In this document: piece after piece, positions 40,760 through 54,535 of the stretch
Layout of the letters: every line of letters starts with the position of its first letter
How positions within the stretch are numbered: the stretch's first letter is position 1
The notes under the pieces: model-generated
What the model was told of the DNA's origin: nothing
Database searches by the model: none
Seen by the model: the letters and a program-made list of their open reading frames with translations, nothing else
Position numbers and translations under genes: made by a program
Origin: Stegostoma tigrinum
Taxonomy: Eukaryota
Direction: 5' to 3'
NCBI RefSeq assembly: GCF_030684315.1
Contig: NC_081367.1
Coordinates: forward strand, 44,303,853 to 44,367,852
Length of the DNA: 64,000 nt

Positions 40760-43700
40760 AGACTATAGACCATAAGACATAGGAGTGGAGGTAAGGCCAT
40801 TCGGCCCATCAAGTCCATTCTGCCATTTAAATCATGGCTGATGGGCATTTCAACTCCACTTCCCTGCACTCTCCCCATAGCCCTTGATTCCTCGTGAGGT
40901 TCAGAATTTGTCGATCTCTCTCTGCCTTGAAGGCATCTAGTGTCCTGCCTCCACTGCACTCCGTGGTAATAAATTCCATAAGCCCACCACTCTCTGGCTG
41001 AAGAAATGTCTCCTCATTTCTGTTTTAAATTTACCCCCTCGAATTCTAAGGCTGTGCCAACGGGTCCTAGTCTCCCTGCCTAACAGAAACAACTTCCCAG
41101 CGTCCACCCTTTCTAAACCATACGTTATCTTGTAAGTTTCTATTAGATCTCCCCTCAACTTTCTAAACTCTAATGAACACAATCCCAGGATTCTTAGCCG
41201 TTCATCATACGCTAAACCTACCATTCCAGGGATCATGCATGTGAATCTCTGTTGGACACGCTCCAGTGCCAGTATGTCCTTCCTGAGGTGTGGGGCCCAA
41301 AATTGGACACAGTATTCTAAATGGGGCCTAACTAGAGCTTTATAAAGTCTCAGAAGCACATCACTGCTTTTATATTTCCAACCCTCTTGAGATAAATGAC
41401 AACATTACATTCGCTTTCTTAATCACGGACTCTGCCTGCAAGTTAACTTTTAGAGAATCCTGGACCAACACTCCCAGATCCCTTTGTACTTCTGCTTTAC
41501 GAATTTTCTCACGTTTAGAAAGTAGTCCATGCCTGTATTCTTTTTTCCAAAGTGCAGAACCTCACATTTGTTCACGTTGAATTTCATCAGCCTTTCCTGG
41601 ACCACTCTCCTAAGCTGTCTAAATCTTTCTGCAGCTTCCCCACCTCCTCAGTACTACCTGCCTGTCCACCTATCTTGGTATCATCGACAAACTTCACCAG
41701 AATGTCCCCAGTCCCTTCATCCAGATCATTAATATATAAGGTGAACAGCTGCGGCCCCAACACTGAACCCTGCAGGACACCACTCGTCATTGGTTGCCAT
41801 TCTGAAAAAGAGCCTTTTATCTGACTCTCTGCCTTCTGTCAGACAGCTAATCCTCAAACCAAGCCAGTAGCTCACCTCAAACACCTGGGCCCTCACCTTG
41901 CTCAGCAGCCTCCCGTGAGGCACCGTATCCAAAGGCCTTTTGGAAGTCTAGATAGATAACATCCACTGGGTTTCCCTGGTCTAACCTACTTGTTACCTCA
42001 TCAAAGAATTCTAACAGGTTTGTCAGGCATGACCTCCCCTTACTAAATCCATGCTGACTTGTTCTAATCTGACCCTGCACTGCCAGGAATTTAGAAATCT
42101 CATCCTTAACAATGGATTCTAGAATTTTACCAACAACTGAGGTTAGGCTAATCGGCCTATAATTTTCCATCTTTTGCCTTGATCCTTTCTTAAACAAGGG
42201 GGTTACAACAGCAATTTTCCAATCATCTGGGACTTTCCCTGACTCCAGTGACTTTTGAAAGATCACAACCAACATCTCCACTATTTCCTCAGCCACCTCC
42301 CTCAGAACTCTGGGATGTAGCCCATTGGGGCCAGGAGCTTTATCAATTTTTAGACGTTTTAGCTTTCCTAACACTTTCCCTTTTGTAATGCCTACCATGC
42401 TCAACTCTGCCCCCTGACTCTCCCTAATTGTTGGCATCCTACTCATGTCTCCCACTGTGAAGACTGACGCAAAGTACTTATTAAGTTCTTCAGCTATTTC
42501 CTTATCTCCCATTACTAGCCTTCCAGCATCAATTTGGAGCAGCTCAATGTCTACTTTTGCCTCTCGTTTGTTTCTTATGTATTGAAAGAAGCTTTTACTA
42601 TCATTTCTAATATTACTAGCTAGCCTACCTTCATATTTGATCCTCTCCTTCCTTATTCTGTCTTTGTTATCCTCTGTTTGTTTTTGTAGCCTTCCCAATC
42701 TTCTGATTTCCCAGTGCTCTTGGCCACTTTATAGGCTGTCTCTTTTTTTTGATACATTTCCTGACTTCCTTTGTCAGCCATGGCTGTCTAATCTCACCCC
42801 GGATAATTTTTCTTTTCTTTGGGATGAACCTCTGTACTGTGTCCTCAATTACATCCAGAAACTCCTGCCATTGTTGTTCTACTGTCTTCCCCTCTAGGGT
42901 CTGCTTCCAGTCGATTTTCGTCAATTCCTCTCTCATGCCCCTGTAATTACCTTTATTTAACTGTAACACCATTACATCCATTTTGCCTTCTCTCTTCCCT
43001 TACTTTGAGATCTTTTATAAAGTCAGGCTCATTTCATAGCACTAAGTCCAGAATAGCCTGATCCCATGTGGGCTCTATCACAAGCTGTTCCAAAGAGCCA
43101 TCCTGTAAGCATTCCAAGAATTCCCTTTCTTTGGATCCACCAACAACATTATTCACCCAGTCCACCTGCATATTGAAGTCCCCCATGATCACCGTAACCC
43201 TGCCTTTCTGACATGCCGTATCTATTTCTCGGTGCATCTTGCGCCCCTGGTCCTGATCACTGTTAGGAGGTCTGTACATAACTCCCATTATGGTTTTTTT
43301 GCCTTTGTGGTTCCTCAACTCCACCCACACAGACTCCACATGCTCTGACCCTATGTCATTCAGTGTTGTAGATTTAATTTCATTTGTAACTAACAAGGCA
43401 ACCCTGCCCCCTCTGCCCACCTCCCTGTCTTTTCGATAAGTTGTGAGTCCTTGAATGTTTAACTGCCAGTCCTGAACTCCCTGCAACCATGTCTCTGTGA
43501 TGCCTGCCACATGGTAATCATTCAAGAGGATTTGTGCTGTTAATTCATCTACTTTGTTGCGAATACTACGAGAATTTAGATAAAGTGCCTTAATGCTAAC
43601 TTTCTTATCATTATTAGAGATATTGGGAAATCCTAAGATGTCTTAAGCTATCCTACCTTTTTGCTGTATTCCTAGTCTGCCTCGAGCTTAAACCCACCTG

Positions 43701-44573
43701 TGCACATGCTATCCTGTTGTTTATCTTTCCATTTAACTCCATACGCCCGGTCACTTTCACTTTCCCTTCCCGACTCAAAAGTTTAAAGTCCTCCTGACCA
43801 CCCTATTTATCCTTTTCGCTAGAACACTGGTTCCAGATCGGTTCAGGTGGAGACTGTCCCAACGGTACGGATCCCCCCCAGTTCCAAAACTGATGCCAAT
43901 GTCCCATGAAATGGAATCCCTCTTTCCCACACCAATCCCTTAGCCACATGTTTACTTCCCTAACTTTCTTATCCCTATGCCAATTGGCACGTGGCTCGGG
44001 CAGTAATCCAGAGATTATGACCCTTGAGGACCTGTACTTCAATTTCTTTCCTAGTGCTCCATTATCCCTGAACAGGTCCTCTACCCTAGCTTTGCCGATG
44101 TTGTTAGTCCCAACGTGGACCACAACAACTGGATCCTCCCCCTCCCACTCCAACATCCTTTCAAGCCGGTCGGAGATGTCCTGCACCCTGGCACCGGGCA
44201 GGCAACACACCATGCAGGACTCCTGATCCGGCTTGCATAGGATACTGTCTGTCCTCCTAATTATAGAATCCCCTATAACAACTACCTGTCTTTTTGCTCT
44301 CCCCTCTTGAATGGCCTTCTGCACCACGGTGCCATGGACAGCTGGCTCATCCTGTCCGCAGTCCTTTTCCTCATCCTTACAGGGAACAAGAATCTCATAC
44401 CTGTTGGTCAAGGGCAAGGGCTGAGGCTCCTGCACCCCTGAACTCAGAATCCCCCTACCTGCCTCACTTACAGTCACCCCTTGTCCCTGAACACTTTTTG
44501 AATTTGAATTGCTTAATCTACTGGGTGTGACTGCCTCCTGAAACAAAGTGTCCAGGTAACTCTCCCCCTCCCA
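40760..44573 (-). mobile_element. Young CR1 LINE, nearly full length and 5'-truncated within ORF1: ORF1 SGNH esterase, ORF2 APE endonuclease + RT (frameshifted)
   Basis: ORF1 (43803-44546): VVVIGDSIIR, CLPGARV, VVVHVGTNN. ORF2 pieces: AGITETWL, YRPPN, MGDFN, ENYRPISLTS, YLDFQKAF, QGSVLGP, KFVDDTK, LVRPHLEYCVQFW. The EN SDH motif is deleted near 43000. Confidence 0.96.
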
Positions 44574-44888
44574 GGGGAGAGTTTTTGTAATATCATAGGA
44601 TGTAGTTCATTAGGTTCAGGGGGCTTAGTGGCCTTTAGTCCCGTTAGATTCACTAATGCTTACGTTTAGCTATAGGTTTCAGTAGAGGGGCAGCTAGCTG
44701 AGGAAGTTGACAATGAAACTTCAATCCTTGTGTTGACTGTTCAAGACTGCTGCTTTTGCTTCTTGATGGGCAGTGGTGTTCTCAAGTATGCAACCAATGC
44801 TTTCTTGCCCCTCTCTCTGCCTCTCTCCCACTAACGGAGAGCGATACCTTTGGTCCTTTATACATATTTCTACAGCTATTATAGACAT

Positions 44889-44997
44889 TTTTAATCAACT
44901 TGTTCATGTATTATGACACGCTGCTGGAACAGGTGAGATGAACCTGGCATTCTGGTTCAGAGGTAAGGACACTGCAAGTGCATTGGAATTGCCCTAT
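44889..44997 (-). mobile_element. Short tRNA-derived SINE
   Basis: The reverse complement resembles 51298-51415 (gtgtccttacctctgaaccag...ttgattaaaa). Confidence 0.5.
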
Positions 44998-47230
44998 GGT
45001 CCTTTACAGGCTGTGGGTAATTATCTCATTCTCATCACAAAAAATGTGGACTGAGCAGGTTATGTAAATAGTAGAACATAAATGTACTTAGTACCCAGTA
45101 ATTTCTGAGAAATTGGTGCGCTTAAAATATACTTAGTATATTTGCTGTTTGCATGCTGTACTGCTTTACAAATGAAATGTTCCAACATATCCCCATCAGT
45201 GACATAATCTCAGATATAATTGACTTTTTGGAGTTCTACAAAGTGGCACTAAGTATGATTTTCATCTGCCAGAAGAGCGCTGAGAAGCATCAGCAAGTAG
45301 TCAATCAATTAATGGAGAAATTGGTTGAACTTTACAAGTCCATATGTATTGTTTGCAAATGTAATACAGCACGTCTTTGAAATGTGTGATTTTTGTGGGT
45401 TATAGCCTCTAATGGTTCCACTATCCAGGGTCAATGCAATTAAGTAATTGCAATTTGTCTTACTGTTGCTGAAATGAGTAAACAACATATGTTGTAACTC
45501 TAAAAATAGATAGGCTTTACCAGTTTTTAAATAATTTATCTTTCATAAAATTAGCTGTTTTGCCCACTTAGCCCATTTGCTGAGCATTACAGTACTAGAA
45601 ACATTTACGTCAATGGTGACAACTTATAGGCATCTGGTGTGTTGCATATTGTATAAGCTAGGAACAAAAGGTGCGGTTTTAATAGCAATAGCATGAAACA
45701 AGCAACTCCTAAATTCAAGCTCCATCAAAAAGATTTTCTCCTTTTAAAAGCCATTTTGTTTGACGTTTGTAGGAAGTAGACTTGAATACAAGAGAACCGG
45801 AGGAACCAAGAGTACAACTTAGGAATTTAACCTTTTGCTAAGTTGATTAACATTTAGGACTGGGTAGTTAGTGGGTTGATGGTCAAATAGCAGAAATGCA
45901 AATTCAGCAGATCTTCAATGATGCCAATAACGTAACTGCCTGACATACATTGAAATTAGCGTCCTTATTTACAAAAATATTATCAAATGTTGTAAATTAA
46001 GTTTGAATAAACAACATTTTATAGTCTCATTAAGAACATGATTAGCTATTTGGTCTGTCAAGTCTCCTTTGCCATTAAAGTACACCTTTTGGTGATGTGC
46101 ATGGAACTCCATTTACAGTTGTGTTTGTTCCATTGTACCTCTAGCAACAAAAGTCTGACCTGTCTTGACAGCACCAATGGTCTCATCATCTGTTTTTTAG
46201 GGAAAGAGAATTACACCTCTCCACCTCTGTTTCAAAACAAATCCTGATTTCCCTTTGGGCCTTTGCTGTTATTTTAAGATTATATCTCCCTGATCTTTAT
46301 TAGCTACCCCAGAGTGATTAATTTATCCATATCTGCCAGATCAAATCAGTTTAACATTTGTTTAAAAAGAAAACTCCTCGGAGGTATAGGCACTTATTTT
46401 TACTTCTCAGACCAACACAATACTCGCTGTACTCACCAACGTCCTGTACAACTCAGCATGACATCCCAACTCCTCTACTCAATGGTCTGAACAAAGAAGG
46501 CAACCATATTGAGGGCTTTTGCAAATTTGCAGAATGTATAGTGAGAAATTATTTAATTAGACTACCCATTATGCCCTTCGATTCATCCTATTTCAGCATC
46601 GAGCTTATGCATTGAACAAATGACTCAAGCCATTTTTACAACGTTGCTGGTGAGGCCAATCTTACAGTGTGGGAAACCAATGCAGATATTAGGCAGTGAA
46701 GTTGGATCAGTAGTAGGTAGGAGTTGGTACCCCCAGGGATATTTTCTCATCAGGGACACAGAGGAAAATGGGGAGATAATTTGACTGGTCGATTTCAAAC
46801 GTGAATTTGAGTGAAGGATGGAGCCAATTAAGACAAGGCAATTCCTTCATACTGTAGTGCATTCAAAAATAGCACTTGTATGAGCTACACAATCAGAAAT
46901 ATGCAAGGGATAAGAGGTTGATGAAATACTTAAATTACAGACTTTTAAAAAATGCTCAACTCTAACAAAAGCATATATATTAACTGAAGTAAAAGTGAAT
47001 ATAGGAGGTACAAGTTGGCCGTTTTGGAGTACTGTGTATTTCCTTCCTGTACCGTCCTATAGGAGGGATATTATTAAATTGGAGAGGGTTAAGAAAAGAT
47101 TTACAAGAATGTCTTTGGGATTGGAGGGTATGAGCATATAGCGAGAGGCTGAATAGGCAGGGCTTTTTATTCCCTAGAGCATTGGAGACTGAGGGATGAC
47201 CTATTGGAAGTTTATAAAATTATGAGGGGC

Positions 47231-47413
47231 ATGTGGTGATTGTACCAGCCTCCTCCACTTCCTCTGGCAGCTCATTCCATACACTCACCAACCTCTGCAT
47301 AAAAAGATTACCCCGCAGGTCCCTTTCTTACCTTAAACCCATGTCCTTTGGATTTGAACTCCCCCATCCGAGGAAAAAGACTTTGGCTATTTACCCTATC
47401 TATGCCCCTCATG
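47231..47413 (-). repeat. Inverted duplication of the host flank 48780-48962
   Basis: Colinear reverse complement of equal length (183 bp). Both copies share a private deletion (aaggtaagaaag.gacctg) relative to the CR1 copy at 14310-14345. Confidence 0.92.
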
Positions 47414-48779
47414 GTTTTCAAGAAGATTTGTAGTTCGAGTTGTGGATTTGATTGCAAATGTTTCGTCACCCTGCTAGGTAACGTCGTCAGTATGCCTCTG
47501 GTGAAGCGTCGGTGTTCTGTCCCATTTGTTAATTATATGCCCTTTTGGTGTGGTTGGTGCCCTGGTTTGCAATAAGGACACCACCATAGAACTACAAGAT
47601 CGGTGCTTCACAACACACATGACCTTCAATGACAGCATTGGAATAGCAATGGCATCCACAATATCAGGACTGATTGCAGAAGCAGTAATGCAGAGGTTAG
47701 AATGGACAGCACTTCCTGCTGTACAACCCAAATTTTGGGCCTGATATTAGATGACACCTTTGTGATTACTGAGCGCACAAAACTGGAAGAAACCCACTGA
47801 CACACAAACCACATCCTTGCCAGGATAACATTCATGAAAGAAGAAGAGAACAACGACCGATTACCCTTCCTGGGTGTAATGGTAGAGTGCAAAAGCAACA
47901 GGGAGCTCCAGATTAGCGGGTATAGAATGACTACACATACGGACCAAATACTCAATTACACTAGCAACCACTCCAACACCCACAAATGAAACTGCATCAG
48001 GACACTGTTCAAACAATATTTCGACAACCTGGAACTGAGCAAAGCAGAACAGGAACACTTGTACGAAGTCTTCAAAAGAAATGGCTACCCGAAAAGCACA
48101 ATCTGACGTTATCTCTGAAACAGACCACAACAGGAAGACACAACATGACCAGATTCACTAATCACCCTACCGTACATTAAGGACATTTCAGAGATGACCA
48201 CAAGACTACTCAGACTCCTAGGTATTAGAGTAGCCCACAAACCAACAATCACCCTACGACAGCTCCTGACGAATGTAAAGGATCCTGTACTCAAAACCGG
48301 CACAACTGGTATAATACACAAAATACCATGCAAGGACTGTGAGAAACATTAGGTAGGCCAAACTTGAAGAAAACTGACAATAAGGATACATGAACACCAA
48401 CTAGCCACTTGTCTCAAAACACATGGGCAATGAGGGACACGAATTTGCCTGGGACAGCACATCCATAATCGCACAAGCCAAACAGAGACATACCAGGGAG
48501 TTATTAAAGGCCTGGTATTCCAACCGGAACTCCATCAAGAAACACATTGAATCAGACCCTGTGTACAAACCGCTGAGAAACATGACCAGAAGTAATACCA
48601 ACCTCCCCAGCAAACCAAGGGATATAAATAACAAGCGGGATAAAACACCGATGCTTCACTGGAGATGCACCAACGATGTTACCTAGCAGGGTGGCGAAAC
48701 ATTTGCAACCAAATTCACTGGCTCGGTGAGCATGTCTGCAACCTCATTCATAACCTGAGCTACAAATCTTCTTGAAAAC
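47414..48779 (+). mobile_element. PLE family C: inverted pLTR (47414 to about 47555), then RT and GIY-YIG remnants, pLTR and tail
   Basis: RT remnants AMASTISGLIAEAVMQRLE, (Y)LDDTFVI, EEENNDRLPFLGV and HTDQILNY; EN C-terminus HEFAWDSTSII..RELLKAWYS. TSD atgaggggcat at 47222-47232 and 48781-48791. Confidence 0.93.
47456..47490 (-). ncRNA. Hammerhead-like motif of PLE family C
   Basis: The minus strand reads CTGACGA-C-GTTACC(TAGCAG)GGTGAC-GAAAC-ATT, with a 6-bp stem II. The plus-strand copy at about 48670-48705 has a broken CUGA box (ccaacga). Confidence 0.55.
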
Positions 48780-51297
48780 CATGAGGGGCATAGATAGGGT
48801 AAATAGCCAAAGTCTTTTTCCTCAGATGGGGGAGTTCAAATCTAGAGGACATGGGTTTAAGGTAAGAAAGAGACCTGAAGGGTAATCTTTTTACGCAGAG
48901 GTTGGTGAATGTATGGAATGAGCTGCCAGAGGAAGTAGTGGAGGCTGGTACAATTACAACATTTTAAAAGGCATCTGGCTAGGTGTATGATTCAAAAAGG
49001 TTTAGAGGGATATGGGCCAAATACTGCCAGATGGGACTGAATCAGATGGGGATGTCTGGTCAGCGTGAATGAGTTGGACTGAAGGGTCTGTTTCTGTGCT
49101 GTATGAAACTATTACTCTATTTCCTTCATTTTGGTTTATTCACACTAGCCATTTGCAGTAAATTAAAAGAAATCTTTTCTATGTGTATGCTTTCCATTAT
49201 AATTTTTCATATCAATATTTATAATAGAAACTCTTGATGTACAAATGAACAGGGACATTTATGCTGGATAAACATAGCCAGCTTTATCATTTTTATTACT
49301 GATGAGTATCATGAGCATCATTCAACAGCAGTATGCTACTTGAGTTCTGCATTTCTCAAAGTACTGGAAAGAACCAAATGTTCCACTGTAACCTTTCAGT
49401 GGAAGACATAATAGCATGATGCCGTTCAGTAGCTTCCTTAACATTTTCTGTTTTCTTCTGCGGTTGTTCCCAGGTCTTATGGGTGATGAACACAGCATGA
49501 AGACAAGATCATAAAGCCAACACAATAGGTTCAATCCCCATACTAGCTATCTATGTAGTTCACGGAGACCCGCTTCCTTATCTTACTCTGCGTTTTGGAT
49601 GCCCTCAAACCACATATGTAAACAATTGTTTCTCACTCAAGGGTAGAGGTTCCTTTGTCTACCAAGGCCTCATACTATACAAGCCTAAATCATATCTCTT
49701 GTCAGCTATGTTACAGCATTTTCCAGAATAGCCCACTTCACACTCTGCTCATATAGCAACAGCTTGGCTAGGCGAGTTTGCATGCTGCACCACTTGCAAC
49801 CAATGACCGGATGTTCTAATTCCCTGTTTCTTACGTATTTGTCTGCTATTGATTTTTTGCCAATGACTGGTTTGCCTCATTGCAACCTTTGAGAAAAGCC
49901 TTTTAATTTCCCAACATTCTGGATCAGCAGTGCAAACTCCATATATATTTTACGCATCTACTTTATGGAAGTAGCCACTTACCTGTGTTGCAGTTTCCTT
50001 TTATATTCTTTCCACAATAAAATGTGGCCTGATGATGTATGATTTCCTGTAACAAGCTGGCGTAATTGAGCTAGGAGACTTGTGTGCATAAAACCAATCA
50101 TGAGAACACCTTGCAATCTGACGAGTAGCATTAGCAATTTAGAAGTTTCAGTCTGCTAAAGTTGTAAAATTTCTGACATTATGGAACGTCTTCTGATTAA
50201 GAATGCACGATTAGACTAAATGTTAGCAAATACTGATCTTAACTGTTGGCTCATCATGAGATTTCAGAGAGTTCCAAAGCCTGGCTATGTTAATATTGAT
50301 CACGTGTATATAATGTTTAAACTTCATCACAAGCCTTCCATTTGTAAAACCAATAGAATGACTATTACTGTACAAATCCAGTAAATATCTTGGTGCAATT
50401 ATCTGCTGTAAAAAGCGAAAATTGCTTTTAATTTTTGATAATATTTATAGATCAGTTTGACAAAGAATATTTTGCAGTTTCAATGTGGAATAGAGTGATG
50501 GATATTGGGAGGTATTATTAAATGCAGGATCTCTTTTCCTATGATCTGTTTGCCAATTTTCATCAACTTACAAAAGTCAATGAGCCAGAACCATTTCCGA
50601 ATAACGTACTTCAGTCAAGCATCCTTTTAATGTTTATTTAATGCTCAATGACCTAAGTGAAAGAAGTTAAGTGAAAGAAGTTTGAATTTAAGCCTGTGTA
50701 TCGGTTTTGAGTAAGTTAACAGCCTCAATTTTCACTGCATTGAAGAGCCCCTCTGCAGCAAAAGTTAGAGTGTTAGAAATTCTGCCTCTGAACCATTTTT
50801 ATGTGTGTTTGGGTAATGTGCATTTTGCTAAGGCAGCTGTCCATTTCAATGATCAGCTGCTGGCATTTAAATTGGAGTTTGGAGTGCCTGCACCTGGAAC
50901 CAAGAGTGTGAAGCTGAGGTCAAATCGCAGCAGGCCTGTTCTCAGTACATTTCTCTGGGTAGGCTGGATACTCCTTTGGAAAGCTGAGCCAGCATGGTCA
51001 ATATGATCCCAGGGCGCACAGGGAATGGGATTCAGCGGTACTTTGGGAAAGGATCGGGTTCACATATATTTTGGGGGTTGGATTCAGAGATATTTTGGAA
51101 GGATGATTCATTGTTAACTGTGGAGAAAATTGTGTAAAATGTACATGATCTCTTGGAACCACTGGGAAGGGCCAGCCTATTGAGAAGCGTCTACAATGGG
51201 TCAGGTGCATCAGTCAGCCTAACCTTAAATTGAAGGGCAGGTAATTGATGGTATGGCTGAAGATGTTTAGGCTTAGGACACTGCCCTGGGGAGCTAA

Positions 51298-51415
51298 GGC
51301 TGTCTTGTGGTGCAGTGGTAGTGACCTTACCTCTGAGCTGGGAGACCCATGTTTAAGTACCACCTATTCCAGAGGGGTTAAACAACATCTATAAGCAGAT
51401 TGATTAGAAAATGTT
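51298..51415 (+). mobile_element. Short tRNA-derived SINE inserted in a LINE remnant (~51240-51700, minus)
   Basis: A-box-like tggtgcagtgg and degenerate B-box atgtttaagtacc. Confidence 0.55.
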
Positions 51416-51839
51416 GAAAATATCTACCCCGTGGTTCTCCTTAAGTCATTGACATTGAGCAAAGATGATTGGCCTTCAATAGCACAGTCATCTTTCTTTG
51501 TGCTAGCTCTGATTTTAACCAGTGGAAAATTCTCCCCATGATTCCCATTAATTATTAAATTTTGCTCTGGCTACTTGATGTCACACTTGAGCTGAATGCT
51601 ATCTTGATTTTAAAGGCCAGTCACTTCCAACCAAATCTCTTAAATTTAGTTCTTTGTCCATGTATAAACCATAACTTTTACTGTGCTCTGGACTTAAATG
51701 TTCTGTCATGAATACAGTGGTCATTTAAAATAAAGGAATTAGAGTGATATATCAGTTATTTTCACTAATTGTGCTAATGGAAGAATGGATATTATGTGCA
51801 AAGAAGCATGCCCTTTGAGCCTTTCGTTTTCTTTAATTT

Positions 51840-52885
51840 TTGTTCATTTGTTGGGTGTGAGATGTGGGTGTAGCTGGCTGGCTAGCATTTATTGCTCATT
51901 CCTAGTTGCCCTTGAGAAGGTGGTGGTGAGCTGACCTCTTGAACTGCTGCAGAGTACTTGCTGTGGCTTGACCCACAATGCCCTCAGGGAGGGAATTCCA
52001 GGATTTTGACCCAGTGATAGTAAAGGAATGATGATATATTTTCATGTCAGGATAGTGAGTGGATTGAAGGAGAACTTGAAGGTGGTGGTGTTCCCAGGTA
52101 TCTGCTGCCCTTGTCCTTCTAGATGGAAGCGGTCAAGTGTTTGGAAGGTGCTGACTGAGGATCTTTGAATTTCTGCAGTAGATCTTGTAGATAGTATGCA
52201 CTGCTGGAGAGAGTGGGCTCTTGTGGATGTGGTGCCAGTCAAGCAGGCTGGTTTGTCCTGGATGGAGTCAAACTTCTAGACTGTTGTTGGAACTGCAGCC
52301 AACCAGGCAAGTGGGTTGTATTCCATCACACTCCTGACTTGTTCCTTGTAGATTGTAGACACACTTTGGGGAGTCAGGAGGTGAGTTATTCATCTCAGTA
52401 TGCCTGCCCTCTCTCCTGCTGTTGCAACCGCTCTGTTTATATGATGAGTCCATTTGGGTTTCTGGTCAATGGTTATCCCAGGATGTTGAGAAAAGGGGAT
52501 TCAGTGATGGTAACATCATTGAATACCAAGGGGTATTGTTTCCCATTGGTGTAGTACTACACCATGGTCATGGCCTGGCATTTGTGTGACATGAATGCCA
52601 CTTGTCAGCCCAAGCCTGGATATTGGCCAGATCTCGTTGCATTTGAACATGGACTGCTTCAGTATCTGCGGAGTCACGAATGGTACTGAACATTGTTCAA
52701 TCATAAGTAAACATCCATACTTCTGACCTTACAAAGTAGGGAAGTTTATTGATGAAGCAGGTGCAGATGTTTGGGCCAAGGACACTACCCTGACGATCTC
52801 CTGCAGGGATGTCCGAGAGATGAGATGACTGACCTCCAACAATCCAACAACCAGCTTCCTATGTGCCAGTTGTGACTTCAGCCAC
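51840..52885 (-). mobile_element. CR1/L2-clade LINE 3' fragment
   Basis: 3' end (reverse complement) gctcaccaccaccttctcaagggcaactaggaatgagcaataaatgc, with decayed RT upstream. Confidence 0.75.
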
Positions 52886-52889
52886 CAGT

Positions 52890-53283
52890 TGGAAAAACAA
52901 CTTGCTGGATTGGTACCAAATCCACAAACATCCACTGCCTCCATCACCAATGCACAGTAGTAGCTGTGTCCACCGTCTACAAGATGCATTGCAAAAAACC
53001 CCCAGTTTAGACAGCACTTCCTGAGCCCATGACCACTCCCATCTAGAAGGATAAGGACAGAAGATCATGGGAATACCACCACTTTCACTAATCATCCTCA
53101 TTTGGAAATATGTCACTGTCATTGGGTCAAAATCTTGGGACTTGCTCCTTAATGCCATTGCGTGTCTACCTATGGCACATGGACTGCAGCAGTTCAAGGA
53201 GACAGCTTATCATCACCTCCTTAAGGCAACTAGGAACAGGCAATAAAAGCTGGCCCACACTCCATGAATGAATAAGTAAAAAA
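52890..53283 (+). mobile_element. Second copy of the same LINE 3' end, inverted relative to 51840-52260
   Basis: gcagcagttcaaggagacagcttatcatcacctccttaaggcaactaggaacaggcaataaaagctggc...atgaatgaataag. Confidence 0.75.
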
Positions 53284-53339
53284 TTGGAAATAATTAGCAC
53301 AATGCACTTTTTTAATGTATAGATTTGGCACAAAATTGA

Positions 53340-53747
<408 letters not shown>

Positions 53748-54254
53748 TGAACAGCCATTGTACACCATTCCTTACACACCTGCCCCTTTGTCTTTGTTTT
53801 AATTCACTGTCTTCCTTAGAACTTCTGCAAATAATAGTTTCTGAAATCCAAATGATGCTTTTTCAAAGGTGCTTTGGTAAAATATCAGGAAGATCTACAC
53901 AAAGTATGCAATCGCCATTAGAGCATGTCCTGGAGCAAGAGCATTTAGAGAACTGACCAGAGCATAGAGTACAAAAACAAAGAAGTTATGATTTTTTTAT
54001 AAAACTGTTGTAAGATTCGGAGGTTCGCTTTTTAACATTGCTTGTAAGACCTATGTCACTTACAATTATAGACTGAGTTTGAGTGTTATTTTAAACTAAC
54101 CCTGATTAGTTATAAGACCAATTCCAGGTACAAATTTTCAGTTTTAAAGATTTTATTAAGTTTGTCATAACCAGTATAAAATAAGTAATAGTTAATAAAT
54201 GCAATGGTTTTCACTTGATCCCCTTACTACACCATTTCATGATGCTGGTTGACT

Positions 54255-54535
54255 GGGGCACAGATCTCTCATTCTGTTCTCCTGACTGGGTAAAATCATT
54301 TCAAGCAACACATGATTTGGATCAAAAATGTGTTGTCTGAAAATTTGGTAGAGGCTGATTCAATAGTGACTTTAAAAACGGGATTAGATAATTATCTAAA
54401 GAGAAAAAGAATTGGAGGTCTACAGGGCAAAAACAGGAATGGATCTTGCTGTGTTACTCTCATAGAGAGCTGACAATGGCATAACGGGATGAATATCTTA
54501 TTTGTGTGTTGTCACCATTTTGTGATTCTAGGATT
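54255..54535 (+). mobile_element. Old CR1 3' fragment
   Basis: ggtagaggctgattcaatagtgactttaaaaacgggattagataattatct is a typical CR1 ORF2 end. Confidence 0.55.

Larger units (their letters stand above)
47010..49118 (+). mobile_element. CR1 (HER1-like) 3' fragment, split at 47232/48780 by a PLE insertion
   Basis: The left part ends gaagtttataaaattatgaggggcat and the right part resumes atgaggggcatagataggg, running to the 3' tail at about 49075-49118. Confidence 0.9.

Noticed and set aside
40760-44573. Active, autonomous CR1
   Set aside because: ORF2 has several frameshifts, the endonuclease SDH motif is deleted, and the 5' end is truncated.
51298-51375. tRNA gene
   Set aside because: The B-box is degenerate, there is no cloverleaf, and it continues into a SINE body that recurs at 44.9 kb.
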